Source: Bacteroidia bacterium
GTDB taxonomy: Bacteria; Bacteroidota; Bacteroidia; UBA10329
DNA: 52,962 nt
Assembly: GCA_047611425.1 (NCBI GenBank)
Contig: JBLFWJ010000002.1
Coordinates: forward strand, 1-52,962
Direction: 5' to 3'
Shown here: positions 24,255-33,384 of the stretch, in pieces
Numbering within the stretch: the first letter of the stretch is position 1
How the letters are laid out: the number at the start of each line of letters is the position of its first letter
Position numbers and translations under genes: made by a program
The notes under the pieces: generated by a model
The model's database searches: none
What the model was told of the DNA's origin: nothing
The model's input: the letters and a program-made list of their open reading frames with translations, nothing else

Positions 24255-25482
24255 GGCCTAATAGACAAAAAGGAGTCTCGAATCTTCTGTAATCCTTACT
24301 ACCATTGACGTTGATTCAAATTTAAGGTCATGAGTAAAAAAAGTGCTTACGCTGTTGTAGTCCGATTACTAAAAAAGCAGGGTTCAGAAATGGCAAACAG
24401 AGGTATAAATGTCATGTTTGTAAACGGCAGTTTCTGGGTGGGAAAAGAGTTGATCCGGAGTTACTCTGGAAGGAGTATTCTCAGGGGAAACAGACCTATG
24501 TTCAGTTGGCTCAAAAGTACAATTGCTCTTCTCGGACAATACAACGGAAGGTCGACTCGGTAGGGGTCTCCATACCGAAAAAGAGACCCCGTAAGATTAT
24601 CGTTCTGATGGACACGACCTATTGGGGACGGAACTTTGGAGTGATGCTTTTCAAGGATTCGATGACCAAGGAGAACCTCCTGAAGTACTATGTTATAAAC
24701 GAGACGAACGCACTTTACATCAAGGGCATCCGAGAACTTGAAAAGGCTGGATTCACGGTCGCAGGCATCGACTGTGATGGACGCAAAGGACTGATAGGTT
24801 CCTTCGATGGGATACCCGTTCAGATGTGTCAGTTTCATCAGGTGGCCATCATCAGGAGGTATATTACCAAAAAACCCAAACTCCCTGCTGCCATTGAGTT
24901 GAAGGAGATAGTTGCCTTGATGAAGGATACGGACAGGGAGTCTTTTGAAGGTGCGTTAAGCGATTGGCATACCAAGTGGGAATCCTTTCTAAAAGAACGG
25001 ACTACGAACCTTGAAACAGGAAAAAGCCACTACACCCACAAGCGGTTGAGAAGTGCTCACCGAAGCCTGAGAACAAACCTAAAATGGCTCTTTACATGGT
25101 ACGACCATATTGAATTAAACATACCGAACACGACCAATGCTATAGACGGACATTTTTCAGATCTGAAAAACAAATTGAGAAATCACAATGGCCTGTCGAT
25201 TGAAAGAAAAAAGAAATTTATTGATGGTTTTTTTAAGGCATAAGGGCTTCTGAAAATATCAAAGGGACCACAAAAGTAGCCCCTTCGATACGGCATTTTC
25301 GTCAGCCACCGATGATGTCCCTCAATGAGTTGCTCCCCAGCAGAGCTCACCTCCGTTCAACTCGGTAAATCAAAGATATATTGAACTCTAAATCGGAGAA
25401 AATTTCAGTCAAAAAAACAGACTCTTTTTTGTCCACTTGAAAAAACTTGCTCAAAAACAGACTCCTTTTTGTCTATTAGGCC
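24255..25482 (+). mobile_element. 1228-bp insertion sequence with perfect 24-bp terminal inverted repeats
   Basis: IR-L is GGCCTAATAGACAAAAAGGAGTCT (24255-24278). It is the exact reverse complement of IR-R (25459-25482). A subterminal imperfect copy AAACAGACTCTTTTTTGTC lies at 25415-25433. A single transposase gene sits inside. No flanking target-site duplication is recognisable. Confidence 0.85.
24338..25243 (+). CDS. Transposase with Zn-ribbon + HTH + DDE-type catalytic region; family uncertain (IS256/ISL3-like core, IS1/IS1595-like zinc ribbon). The only ATG (24330) is out of frame.
   Basis: The open frame from 24338 reads KKCLRCCS...QRYKCHVCKRQF (CxxC...CxxC). The HTH is QTYVQLAQKYNCSSRTIQRKV. 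Then come VLMDTTYWG, GIDCDGRKGL, QMCQFHQ and NTTNAIDGHFSDLKNKL. The first in-frame start listed by the track is TTG at 24506, which would delete the DNA-binding part. Confidence 0.8.
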   Translation, partial: KKCLRCCSPITKKAGFRNGKQRYKCHVCKRQFLGGKRVDPELLWKEYSQGKQTYVQLAQKYNCSSRTIQRKVDSVGVSIPKKRPRKIIVLMDTTYWGRNFGVMLFKDSMTKENLLKYYVINETNALYIKGIRELEKAGFTVAGIDCDGRKGLIGSFDGIPVQMCQFHQVAIIRRYITKKPKLPAAIELKEIVALMKDTDRESFEGALSDWHTKWESFLKERTTNLETGKSHYTHKRLRSAHRSLRTNLKWLFTWYDHIELNIPNTTNAIDGHFSDLKNKLRNHNGLSIERKKKFIDGFFKA

Positions 25483-25545
25483 TCTTCCGATTACTCAGGA
25501 CGAAAAACGAAGTACTGTTAGGGTTGTGGTGCAACATTGAGGTAA

Positions 25546-25674
25546 GCTCGTGGCTACATGGTTGAGAGGGAGAAGTATCGATTTACGGTGGCAGCGCTGC
25601 CCGAGGGGGTTTACCTCTTGGAGGCGCTTGCCGATGATAGTAATAAGGGCGTGCAGGGGTTTGTGAAGATGTGA
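25546..25674 (+). pseudogene. Orphan remnant of a T9SS C-terminal sorting domain (last ~40 codons + stop)
   Basis: The translation EREKYRFTVAALPEGVYLLEALADDSNKGVQGFVKM* fits the terminal strands of a T9SS CTD (L.sGvYl..v...). A stop codon lies immediately upstream. Frameshifted CTD-like pieces (TVRVVVQH) lie just 5'. It is much more GC-rich than neighbouring genes. Confidence 0.45.
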
Positions 25675-25801
25675 ATGCTTCGCGAATTCGAAGTGACCGT
25701 AGCCTCCTTCGCTTAGTTGCACTACGCTCTGGATGACGCAGGCTAGCGGGACTTCTCGATACACCTGCGCTGCGCTGCGGCACTCGAAGTGACAGCGGAA
25801 G

Positions 25802-27802
25802 TCAACCCCTACCCAATCTTCGGAAGTGCTTGAGCACAGCCAATAGGTCATTTGACACTCTGTAATTACGTGCATAAAGTAAATCTGGATCCAGCTCGGC
25901 TTTGACTCCGCCATCTACATCCGCCATGGTAATTACGGCTTTTGGAAGTGGTGGAAGTTCGACCCCCGTTCTGGTAATTCCAGTTCCGGCATAACCAACC
26001 CACGTTCTTTCTTTTAGTAGGACAAACACCACGTTCTTCAAATATCCAACCGGTGAATCTGTAAACCACCCCACTAGAATCCATAGCGGAAGGAGGATCA
26101 ATGCAAGAACCACATCAAAAAGTCGTTTTAGTCTTTTGTTTGATGCTTTTCCAACCGAATTGATTCCGACAGTATACAGATCCCCAGAAGTGTTGATGGA
26201 ATTACTTCCGATTAAAAACATCGATTCTTGAGGGGCGATTTTGAAGTCGACTCCTTCAACGGCCGAGCGACTCATTTGATCAATGATCTCTCGCGCTGGA
26301 ACATCCTTGGCGCAAAAAATCACTTCGTTGATGTCGTGCACCCGAATGATCTCTTTCAACTGGGCATCATCCCCTAAAAAGCTTCTTTTTCCTTCGGGTG
26401 TAGATCCTGATGGACTTACAAACCCGATGAATGACGGGTTTTCAAAGGTTTGTTTCAGAAGCCCTTCTACACGATCTAATTCATCATTCAAACCAACGAT
26501 GGCGAACCTCCGTTCGGTGGTTTTGGTTAGGATGATTCCTTTAATAATGAAGTTGGCAATCCAACGGATGAGAGGTAAACTCACGCAACTCCATAATCCG
26601 CCCAAAAGAATAATGGCACGACTGAATCGTATGGTCTCGGGCATCAATGCATAAATCATTAATGCAATGGACGAACCCACCAACGTTCCTTTCAAAACAT
26701 TCAGAAGACGCACTGGTCGATCATAACCACCAGTGAAGAAAACGGAGATCAACCAAACGAGAATCAATCCCGGTATCACGATATAATACAACTCTGGAGG
26801 ATAATGAAGGCCCTCCTCAAACTTGATGTTTGCTTCCCAATATTTCGCTAATCCGAAAAGGCCGCCATACAGCACCAATGCATCAATCAACGGCAACCAG
26901 CCCTGCTTTGCCATTCTTCCCATCAATGCAATTCCAGCTCTGAAAAGGATGGCAAAATTGATGAGCAACTGAAACAACTTGGCCTGTTCTGAAGAGAAGT
27001 GCTTTTTTGCGAAAATTGCCATCGCGTTGTAAAACACATACACGTAATTCAGGCTTCCCTTCTTGGTGCTCTCGCCCTTATAGTGAATGATTCGTGCTTC
27101 TGGAAAGTAGTAGTTCTTGTAACCGCCTTTGATAATTCGATAGGACAAATCGATGTCTTCTCCGTACATGAAGAAGGTCTCATCCAACAAGCCAACTTTA
27201 TCCAAAGTCTCCTTGCGCATCATCATGTACGCACCGGATAAAACCTCAACCTCATTCGTTTTATCCTCTGGTAAAAAACCAAGGTGGTATTTCCCAAACC
27301 GCTTCGATTTCGGGAAGAGGCCCGATAAGCCAAAAACCTTGTAAAAGGCCACTTCGGGCGTAGGTAAACTTCGTTTGGATTCGGGTAGAAAGTCGCCTTT
27401 GCCATCCACCATCCGCACACCAAGACCACCTGAGTCGGGGTGTTCATCCATAAACTCAATGCACTTGGTAAATGTGTCGGCTTCAACAACCGTATCTGGA
27501 TTTAACAGCAAAACGTACTCCCCGACCGCTTCACGAATTGCCTGATTATTAGCAACTGAGAAACCGGTGTTTTCCTTATTCGCTATCAGCTTGGCCCAAG
27601 GAAATCGCTCTTGAACCATTGCCACACTGCCATCAACAGAATTATTGTCAACCACAAAAACCTCCGCATCCATAGCTTCTATTGCCACTTTTACGGACAG
27701 CAGACACTGCTCCAAAAAGTGGCGCACATTGTAGTTTACTATGACGATGGAAAGTTTCAACGGATGCAGTGCAGTTGATGTGTCAACCCCTTTGACGACC
27801 AA
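25802..27802 (-). CDS. Family-2 glycosyltransferase fused to a WbaP-like polytopic membrane/Rossmann region and an internally shortened sugar-phosphotransferase (PGT) tail
   Basis: GT2 motifs LSIVIVNYNVRHFLEQCL, VVDNNSVDGS and YGEDIDLSYR. About 5 TM helices follow. The Rossmann-like segment is RRFAIVGLNDE...INEVIFCA. The tail is KRLFDVVLALILLPLWILV...LLKERTWVGYAG...LLYARNYRVSNDLLAVL. A TTG at 27760 (MKLSIVIVNYN) is an alternative start. Confidence 0.75.
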   Translation of the reverse strand: MVVKGVDTSTALHPLKLSIVIVNYNVRHFLEQCLLSVKVAIEAMDAEVFVVDNNSVDGSVAMVQERFPWAKLIANKENTGFSVANNQAIREAVGEYVLLLNPDTVVEADTFTKCIEFMDEHPDSGGLGVRMVDGKGDFLPESKRSLPTPEVAFYKVFGLSGLFPKSKRFGKYHLGFLPEDKTNEVEVLSGAYMMMRKETLDKVGLLDETFFMYGEDIDLSYRIIKGGYKNYYFPEARIIHYKGESTKKGSLNYVYVFYNAMAIFAKKHFSSEQAKLFQLLINFAILFRAGIALMGRMAKQGWLPLIDALVLYGGLFGLAKYWEANIKFEEGLHYPPELYYIVIPGLILVWLISVFFTGGYDRPVRLLNVLKGTLVGSSIALMIYALMPETIRFSRAIILLGGLWSCVSLPLIRWIANFIIKGIILTKTTERRFAIVGLNDELDRVEGLLKQTFENPSFIGFVSPSGSTPEGKRSFLGDDAQLKEIIRVHDINEVIFCAKDVPAREIIDQMSRSAVEGVDFKIAPQESMFLIGSNSINTSGDLYTVGINSVGKASNKRLKRLFDVVLALILLPLWILVGWFTDSPVGYLKNVVFVLLKERTWVGYAGTGITRTGVELPPLPKAVITMADVDGGVKAELDPDLLYARNYRVSNDLLAVLKHFRRLGRG

Positions 27803-27823
27803 TCAGCCACCAAATGTAAGGGC

Positions 27824-28444
27824 TTATAAACCGCTAAGGGTGCTTTCGTATTGTACGCGCTGGGTCAAAGATCTGCCCAAGGTCAATTCATCGGTGTATT
27901 CTAGCCCACCGCCTGAAGAAACTCCGCGAGCAAGGGTGGTCAATATAATGTCCTGATCCTTCAACATTCGATAGAGGTAAAAATTGGTGGTGTCGCCTTC
28001 CATCGTAGTGTTCAAGGCCATTACGACTTCTTTTACTTCTTCAGATTCAACGCGTTCAATAAGTGGATTAATGTTCAAATCGCTGGGCCCGACTCCATCC
28101 ATTGGAGAAATTACCCCACCCAAAACATGATACGTTCCGTTGAATTGCTCGGTGCTTTCAAATAGAATCACATCCCGAATATCCTCCACCACACAAATGA
28201 CAGAATGATCACGGCTGGTACTTGCACAGATTGAACAATGATCTGTATCCGCCACATTGAAGCATGTTTTGCATTGGTTGGCATCTGTGATCAGCTTATC
28301 CAGCGATCGACTGAAAGACTTCAATTTATCGTCCTCCTGCTTCAATAAATGAAGCACGTAACGGAAGGCTGTTTTTCTTCCAACTCCGGGCAATTCAGCA
28401 AACCGATCCACCGCATCCTCCAACACTTTTGGAACTAAACTCAT
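27824..28444 (-). CDS. recR: Recombination protein RecR
   Basis: N-terminal HhH motif LPGVGRKTA. Cys4 zinc finger CKTCFNVADTDHCSIC. Toprim motif ICVVEDIRDV. Typical length of 206 aa. Confidence 0.95.
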   Translation of the reverse strand: MSLVPKVLEDAVDRFAELPGVGRKTAFRYVLHLLKQEDDKLKSFSRSLDKLITDANQCKTCFNVADTDHCSICASTSRDHSVICVVEDIRDVILFESTEQFNGTYHVLGGVISPMDGVGPSDLNINPLIERVESEEVKEVVMALNTTMEGDTTNFYLYRMLKDQDIILTTLARGVSSGGGLEYTDELTLGRSLTQRVQYESTLSGL

Positions 28445-28448
28445 AGGG

Positions 28449-28456
28449 CAAATGTA
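28449..28456 (-). promoter_or_regulatory. -7 box TACATTTG (TAnnTTTG) only 4 nt upstream of the recR ATG, implying a leaderless or very short-leader mRNA
   Basis: Exact consensus match on the minus strand. The spacing is read from the sequence. Confidence 0.3.
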
Positions 28457-28538
28457 AGATCAACGCGGTTGATAACGCTTGTGATAAAGTGTTTTCTATC
28501 ATCCACCCTTGTGCGGAAAGGGCATCTATTTTAGGCGA

Positions 28539-29993
28539 ATGTCACCAGCCCTCATCCTCACAATCATCGTTCTCTATTTTGCCGTGCTCATGCTTATTGG
28601 GCATTTCACCTCCAAAGACGCAAAAAACGCTGCCTTTTTTGTCGGAGAGAAAAGATCACCTTGGTACATCGTTGCGTTTGGAATGATCGGAACATCGCTT
28701 AGCGGTGTCACGTTTATTTCCGTTCCGGGATGGGTTGCCAGCACACAATTCGGCTACATGCAAATGGTTTTGGGCTATTTGCTCGGCTACACATTCATCG
28801 CGTTGGTGTTGATGCCGTTGTATTATCGACTCAACCTCACCAGCATCTACACCTATTTAAAAACCCGGTTTGGGGTTCACAGCTACCGAACTGGTGCATG
28901 GTTCTTCCTGCTTAGCCGAACCATCGGAGCGGCATTCCGACTATATCTCGTAGCTGGAGTGCTTCAGTTGACCATGTTCGATTCTTGGGGCGTTCCATTT
29001 TGGGTAACGGTTATGGTGACCATCCTCCTAATCTGGTTGTACACCTATAAAGGAGGAATCAAAACCATCATTTGGACAGATACGCTTCAAACGCTGTTCA
29101 TGCTGATAGCCGTTGGATTGACGGTTATGATTATCGGGCAAGAGCTCAATTTCTCTGCCTCTCAACTTATTTCCACCGTTCGTGAAAGTGATTACTCGCA
29201 AATCTTCTTTTTCGATGATGCCGGTTCGGGCAGTTACTTTTGGAAACAGTTTTTCACCGGAGCGTTCATCTCTATTGTAATGACTGGCCTAGACCAAGAC
29301 ATGATGCAGAAGAACCTGAGTTGCAGAAATATTGGAGATGCACAGAAGAACATGTTTTCATTCAGCATCGTGTTGGTAGCGGTCAACTTGGTTTTCCTTT
29401 CCCTTGGAGCACTGCTTTACATTTTTGCAGAATCGAAAGGAATCGCCATCCCCGTTAAAGGAGATGACCTCTACCCCATTCTTGCAACCCAAGGCCATTT
29501 GCCGATTATCGTGGGTGTTGTCTTCATTCTTGGTTTAATCGCTGCAGCGTATTCTAGTGCCGACTCAGCCCTAACAGCCTTGACCACATCTGTTTGTGTG
29601 GATATCCTCGATATAGAAGAAAAGGAAGCGGCCGAACAAGAGAAGCTTAGAAAGAGAATGCACGTGGTAATGTCGGTGGTGCTCTTCGCCACCATTCTAG
29701 TTTTCAGGGTGATTAATGATGATAGCGTAGTTAGCTCACTATTCAAGTTTGCGGGCTTCACGTATGGGCCATTGCTTGGGCTCTATGCTTTTGGTCTAAT
29801 CTCTAAAAGGCCTATTAAAGATCGTTTTGCACCTATCGTTTGCGTGCTTTCACCATTGGTTTGTGCATTGGTGTATTGGTTTCCAGAATTGATTGGTGGA
29901 TATCAATTCAACTTTGAAATCCTGATGCTAAACGGTTTCCTAACATTCATGGGACTTTGGGCCATTTCTAAGCCCAAATTGGCCGAATCATAA
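28539..29993 (+). CDS. Sodium:solute symporter (SSF) family transporter
   Basis: I chose the ATG at 28539 (MSPALILTIIVLYF; the track starts at TTG 28509). About 13 hydrophobic helices with SSF-like organisation. Confidence 0.85.
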   Translation: MSPALILTIIVLYFAVLMLIGHFTSKDAKNAAFFVGEKRSPWYIVAFGMIGTSLSGVTFISVPGWVASTQFGYMQMVLGYLLGYTFIALVLMPLYYRLNLTSIYTYLKTRFGVHSYRTGAWFFLLSRTIGAAFRLYLVAGVLQLTMFDSWGVPFWVTVMVTILLIWLYTYKGGIKTIIWTDTLQTLFMLIAVGLTVMIIGQELNFSASQLISTVRESDYSQIFFFDDAGSGSYFWKQFFTGAFISIVMTGLDQDMMQKNLSCRNIGDAQKNMFSFSIVLVAVNLVFLSLGALLYIFAESKGIAIPVKGDDLYPILATQGHLPIIVGVVFILGLIAAAYSSADSALTALTTSVCVDILDIEEKEAAEQEKLRKRMHVVMSVVLFATILVFRVINDDSVVSSLFKFAGFTYGPLLGLYAFGLISKRPIKDRFAPIVCVLSPLVCALVYWFPELIGGYQFNFEILMLNGFLTFMGLWAISKPKLAES

Positions 29994-30106
29994 CATATGT
30001 CTCATCGACATTGAATTTATGTCGCCATTCCTGTAAGATCTCGCTACTTCTGTAACCGAGAGCTCGATATACTGGTACTTTATATAAGGAACTAAGAACT
30101 GAAATT

Positions 30107-30709
30107 ATGGAATCAAATTTTACCAAGCGTTTGCTGACGCTAACAGCAATTGTCATTTTCGCGGTAAGCACCTCTTGCTTTAGTCAAGAGGCGAAACCGG
30201 AAATCAAACTACGAACCAATCACGCGTTTAAATCGAACGACTGGGCCTTAAGTATAGGCAGCAGCTTCCTTTCGTATGCTTATGGATATGGAGGACATAT
30301 AGAAGGTGTGCCTTTGGTGCTTTCTTTCGAGTACGGTGTTCATCGTTATTTCGGAACTGGCATCTATGCAGGCATGCTTCACAGAACGCCTTCGGTTGGT
30401 GAACGCAGCTACAAGCAATCAGTGTATTCAGCTGGTGTACGATTCAACGGACATTTCTACAACGCCATTGATGACTTGATCAAAAAGGCAAATTTGAAAT
30501 CCAACATCATTGATATGTACGTCAGTGTCAATCTCGGGATGGAGCATATGGTAACCAACCTACCCATCAATAAAAAAACCATCTTCTATATAGGAGTGGG
30601 TTTTGGACTACGGGCCTATCCTTTCAAAAACAAAAAGATTGGTTTGATGACAGAAATCGGTCACTCGGTGGTTTCTCCTTGGTTACTCGGTGCCACTTTC
30701 AGGCTGTGA
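30107..30709 (+). CDS. Small outer-membrane beta-barrel protein, function unknown
   Basis: Signal peptide VSTSCFS|QE. 200 aa with alternating Gly/aromatic strands. The terminus LGATFRL is OMP-like. Confidence 0.5.
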   Translation: MESNFTKRLLTLTAIVIFAVSTSCFSQEAKPEIKLRTNHAFKSNDWALSIGSSFLSYAYGYGGHIEGVPLVLSFEYGVHRYFGTGIYAGMLHRTPSVGERSYKQSVYSAGVRFNGHFYNAIDDLIKKANLKSNIIDMYVSVNLGMEHMVTNLPINKKTIFYIGVGFGLRAYPFKNKKIGLMTEIGHSVVSPWLLGATFRL

Positions 30710-31771
30710 TCAGAAAGAAATTTCTGGCAGTGGAAGGGTCAAAGAATTGACCGTATTTCCATTTACATCTCTGATGGAAATGAATATGGTCGGTTCGGAC
30801 TGCTCCCAATCTATTTCTATCACACCAAAATTGTTGCTTTCATAAGCCTCTCCAACTCTGTTGGTGTTTTCCTCCACATTATGCCAAGTTTTCGTTATCC
30901 CGCTGGAAGTGACATCATATAAAGGATAGCATCCTTGGTGCTGAAACTTGCTGACTTCAGAATAATGCACGTCACCACTTATGAATACAACCCCGTTGGC
31001 TTGAGTTGATTTAATCAGCTCTGCAAAACGTCTTCGCTCCGCTGGGAAGTTTGCCCATGCTTCAAAACCATTGTAACTGATTCCGAATTGATTGCTGCTG
31101 CAGACTACGCGCAACTCGGCTGGTTCCCGAAGCACGGTTTCCAACCAGGCCCACTGTTCATCACCCAAAAAATCAACCGTTGAATCGGTGTGTGGCCGAT
31201 AATCATTCCTAAAACCTTGTCCATTGGCTGGAAGAATCGAATCTCTGAACGTTCGGGTATCCAACATGATGAACTGCACGCGTTTTCCAACTTCACCTGT
31301 GGCAACTGAATGGTAAATCCCCAAATGATTTCTTCTTTCAGAATTTGAAGGTTCACTCCAGAAATCAAGAAAGATCTGCTTTGACTCTTCCTTCTTAGAA
31401 TACTCCTTTCCCGCATCGTTCTTTCCGTAATCATGATCGTCCCAAACAGAGAGATAAAACGTCTCCTCGTTCAACTTTCTAAACTCAGGCTTGCAACCAA
31501 GCTTACCGTATTTCTCTCGCAGCACTTTCATCTTATAGGTATCTCCATAGATGTTGTCACCCAGCCAAACGAAAACGTCCAAATCAGCTTTGCTTGCAGC
31601 GATTAAAGCAGGTTGACTTTTGTCCTGATCCGCACAAGACCCGAAACCGATCCTTGTCACGTTTTCCAATTTCAATCCATTATTAAGCGCTCCACAATAA
31701 AGCTCATCTGTTTGGCAGGACGTTGAAAGCGAAACCAGCGAAATCGCCAGCAATACCATTAGGTTTTTCAT
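30710..31771 (-). CDS. PhoD-like metallophosphatase (alkaline phosphatase D family)
   Basis: Signal peptide or possible lipobox LSTSC|Q. Metallophosphoesterase motifs VWLGDNIYGD, WDDHDYG and FISGDVHYSE. Confidence 0.75.
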   Translation of the reverse strand: MKNLMVLLAISLVSLSTSCQTDELYCGALNNGLKLENVTRIGFGSCADQDKSQPALIAASKADLDVFVWLGDNIYGDTYKMKVLREKYGKLGCKPEFRKLNEETFYLSVWDDHDYGKNDAGKEYSKKEESKQIFLDFWSEPSNSERRNHLGIYHSVATGEVGKRVQFIMLDTRTFRDSILPANGQGFRNDYRPHTDSTVDFLGDEQWAWLETVLREPAELRVVCSSNQFGISYNGFEAWANFPAERRRFAELIKSTQANGVVFISGDVHYSEVSKFQHQGCYPLYDVTSSGITKTWHNVEENTNRVGEAYESNNFGVIEIDWEQSEPTIFISIRDVNGNTVNSLTLPLPEISF

Positions 31772-33384
31772 ACTGTCTCCATTTGCTTTTCAAGTGTTGG
31801 CCTCGTGTTGCCTTCTTTTTCAGGAATCAAACTCATTGCATACTCGCTTAACGCAGTAATTGTCAAACTTGGATTTACACCCAAATTGCAAGGAATAATA
31901 GACCCATCGAGTACCCACATATTTGGGTAGCCGTGAACCTTGAATTGCTCATCTACCACTCCATCCTCTTTGGTTTTCCCCATTGGGCATCCACCCAAAA
32001 TATGAGCAGTGGAAGACATGTTGAATAGAACCTCCGAAGTTGCATTCAGTGCCACACCATTGGTTTTTTCTGCATAACGGTGCATAACGTCCTGACCAAC
32101 TTCAATGTAAGCCGGAACACGACTGTCTTCACCATTCTCAACAGTCAAACTGCCTCCGAATAATCCCTTTTTCCATTTCATCTTCAATGCATTATCCAAC
32201 GATTGCATCACTAATAGGATAATGGAGTGGCTACCAAAATCACGTCTCAACGCATTGAACACTTTAATTGGACTGGTGATGAAGTTCCAAAGCATTTTTA
32301 GAGTTCGAACAATTGGGTGACCGTCTCCAGCAGCAATTACCGAAAGCAATCCCATCATTCCTGAACCATTAGAATATTTCACCAATTCGATGTGCGTGGA
32401 ATCGTTCGGTTCGAAAACTCGACTAATGGCCAACCCATGATTCATTTTCTCTTCGATGCCTGCAATACCGCAAAGCGATTCTGAATTGGTTCTGAGGTTT
32501 TCACCCAACTTTTCTGAGAGGTTCGGAAGCGTTCCAAACTCCTGTTTTTGCTGAAACAACAACTTCATCGTTCCGAGTACTCCGGCCGAAAAGACAATGC
32601 CTCGACTTTTGAAAACACGCTTGTTCGTTCCAAACCAAGAAGTGCTTGACTCGGTATGGACGGTGTAGATTCCATCGGCAAAATCAACTTTGGTCACCTT
32701 GGTTTCAGCTTCAACTTTGGTTCCCCACTTTTCTGCAAACCACAAATAGTTTTTATCCAACGTGTTTTTGGCGTTATGCTGACACCCGACCATGCAACCC
32801 GCACATTCAATGCATCCTTTTCGCACTGGACCTAACCCATTGAAGTAAGGATCCTTTTCAACCTTTGGGTCTCCGATGTAAACCCCAACATGATCAACCA
32901 TTCCATAAGTTTCAGAGCGGTTCATGTCTTTGGCAATTTCCTTTAAAACCAAATCCTCGGCATCCTCTTTTTCGTACTTAGAACTGCCAAGCATGAATCG
33001 AGCTTTTTCATAGAAAGGTGTCAACGCTGCTTTCCAATCGCGAAACCCAGACCAAGCCGGATTATTGAAAAACTCATCTGGAGGAAACATGTGTGTATTG
33101 GCATAAACCAATGAACCACCTCCAACTCCAGCACCGCCTAACACCATAATTCTATTCAGAAAATTGATTCGTTGAATTCCGAACATTTTCAATTGTGGCA
33201 CCCAGAGGAACTTGCGGACGTTCCAAGTGGTCTTAGGAAAATCCTTGGCTTTCCAACGCTTCCCCATCTCCAGAACTAAAACGTCATAGCCTTTTTCAGA
33301 AAGACGCATAGCCGAAACACTGCCCCCAAAACCTGACCCAATCACAATGTGATCGTAAATGTGATTTTCTTGTTTCTTCGTCAT
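31768..33384 (-). CDS. GMC-family FAD oxidoreductase (cholesterol-oxidase-like)
   Basis: N-terminal Rossmann motif DHIVIGSGFGGSVSAMRLSEKGYDVLVLEMG. C-terminal GMC-type motif VLDGSIIPCNLGVNPSLTI. A 4-nt overlap with the PhoD-like gene. Confidence 0.85.
   Translation of the reverse strand: MTKKQENHIYDHIVIGSGFGGSVSAMRLSEKGYDVLVLEMGKRWKAKDFPKTTWNVRKFLWVPQLKMFGIQRINFLNRIMVLGGAGVGGGSLVYANTHMFPPDEFFNNPAWSGFRDWKAALTPFYEKARFMLGSSKYEKEDAEDLVLKEIAKDMNRSETYGMVDHVGVYIGDPKVEKDPYFNGLGPVRKGCIECAGCMVGCQHNAKNTLDKNYLWFAEKWGTKVEAETKVTKVDFADGIYTVHTESSTSWFGTNKRVFKSRGIVFSAGVLGTMKLLFQQKQEFGTLPNLSEKLGENLRTNSESLCGIAGIEEKMNHGLAISRVFEPNDSTHIELVKYSNGSGMMGLLSVIAAGDGHPIVRTLKMLWNFITSPIKVFNALRRDFGSHSIILLVMQSLDNALKMKWKKGLFGGSLTVENGEDSRVPAYIEVGQDVMHRYAEKTNGVALNATSEVLFNMSSTAHILGGCPMGKTKEDGVVDEQFKVHGYPNMWVLDGSIIPCNLGVNPSLTITALSEYAMSLIPEKEGNTRPTLEKQMETV

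Noticed and set aside
24330-24563. 77-aa ORF upstream of the transposase treated as a separate IS gene (InsA-like)
   Set aside because: Its translation has no Zn-finger or HTH. Those motifs are in the overlapping transposase frame. The ORF exists only because the ATG is one base out of register at the A7 tract.
25495-25914. 139-aa and 66-aa (25583-25783) minus-strand ORFs in the GC-rich patch
   Set aside because: They are Arg/Pro/Ala-rich translations of repeat DNA. The longer one overlaps the 3' end of the glycosyltransferase gene in another frame. They have no motifs.
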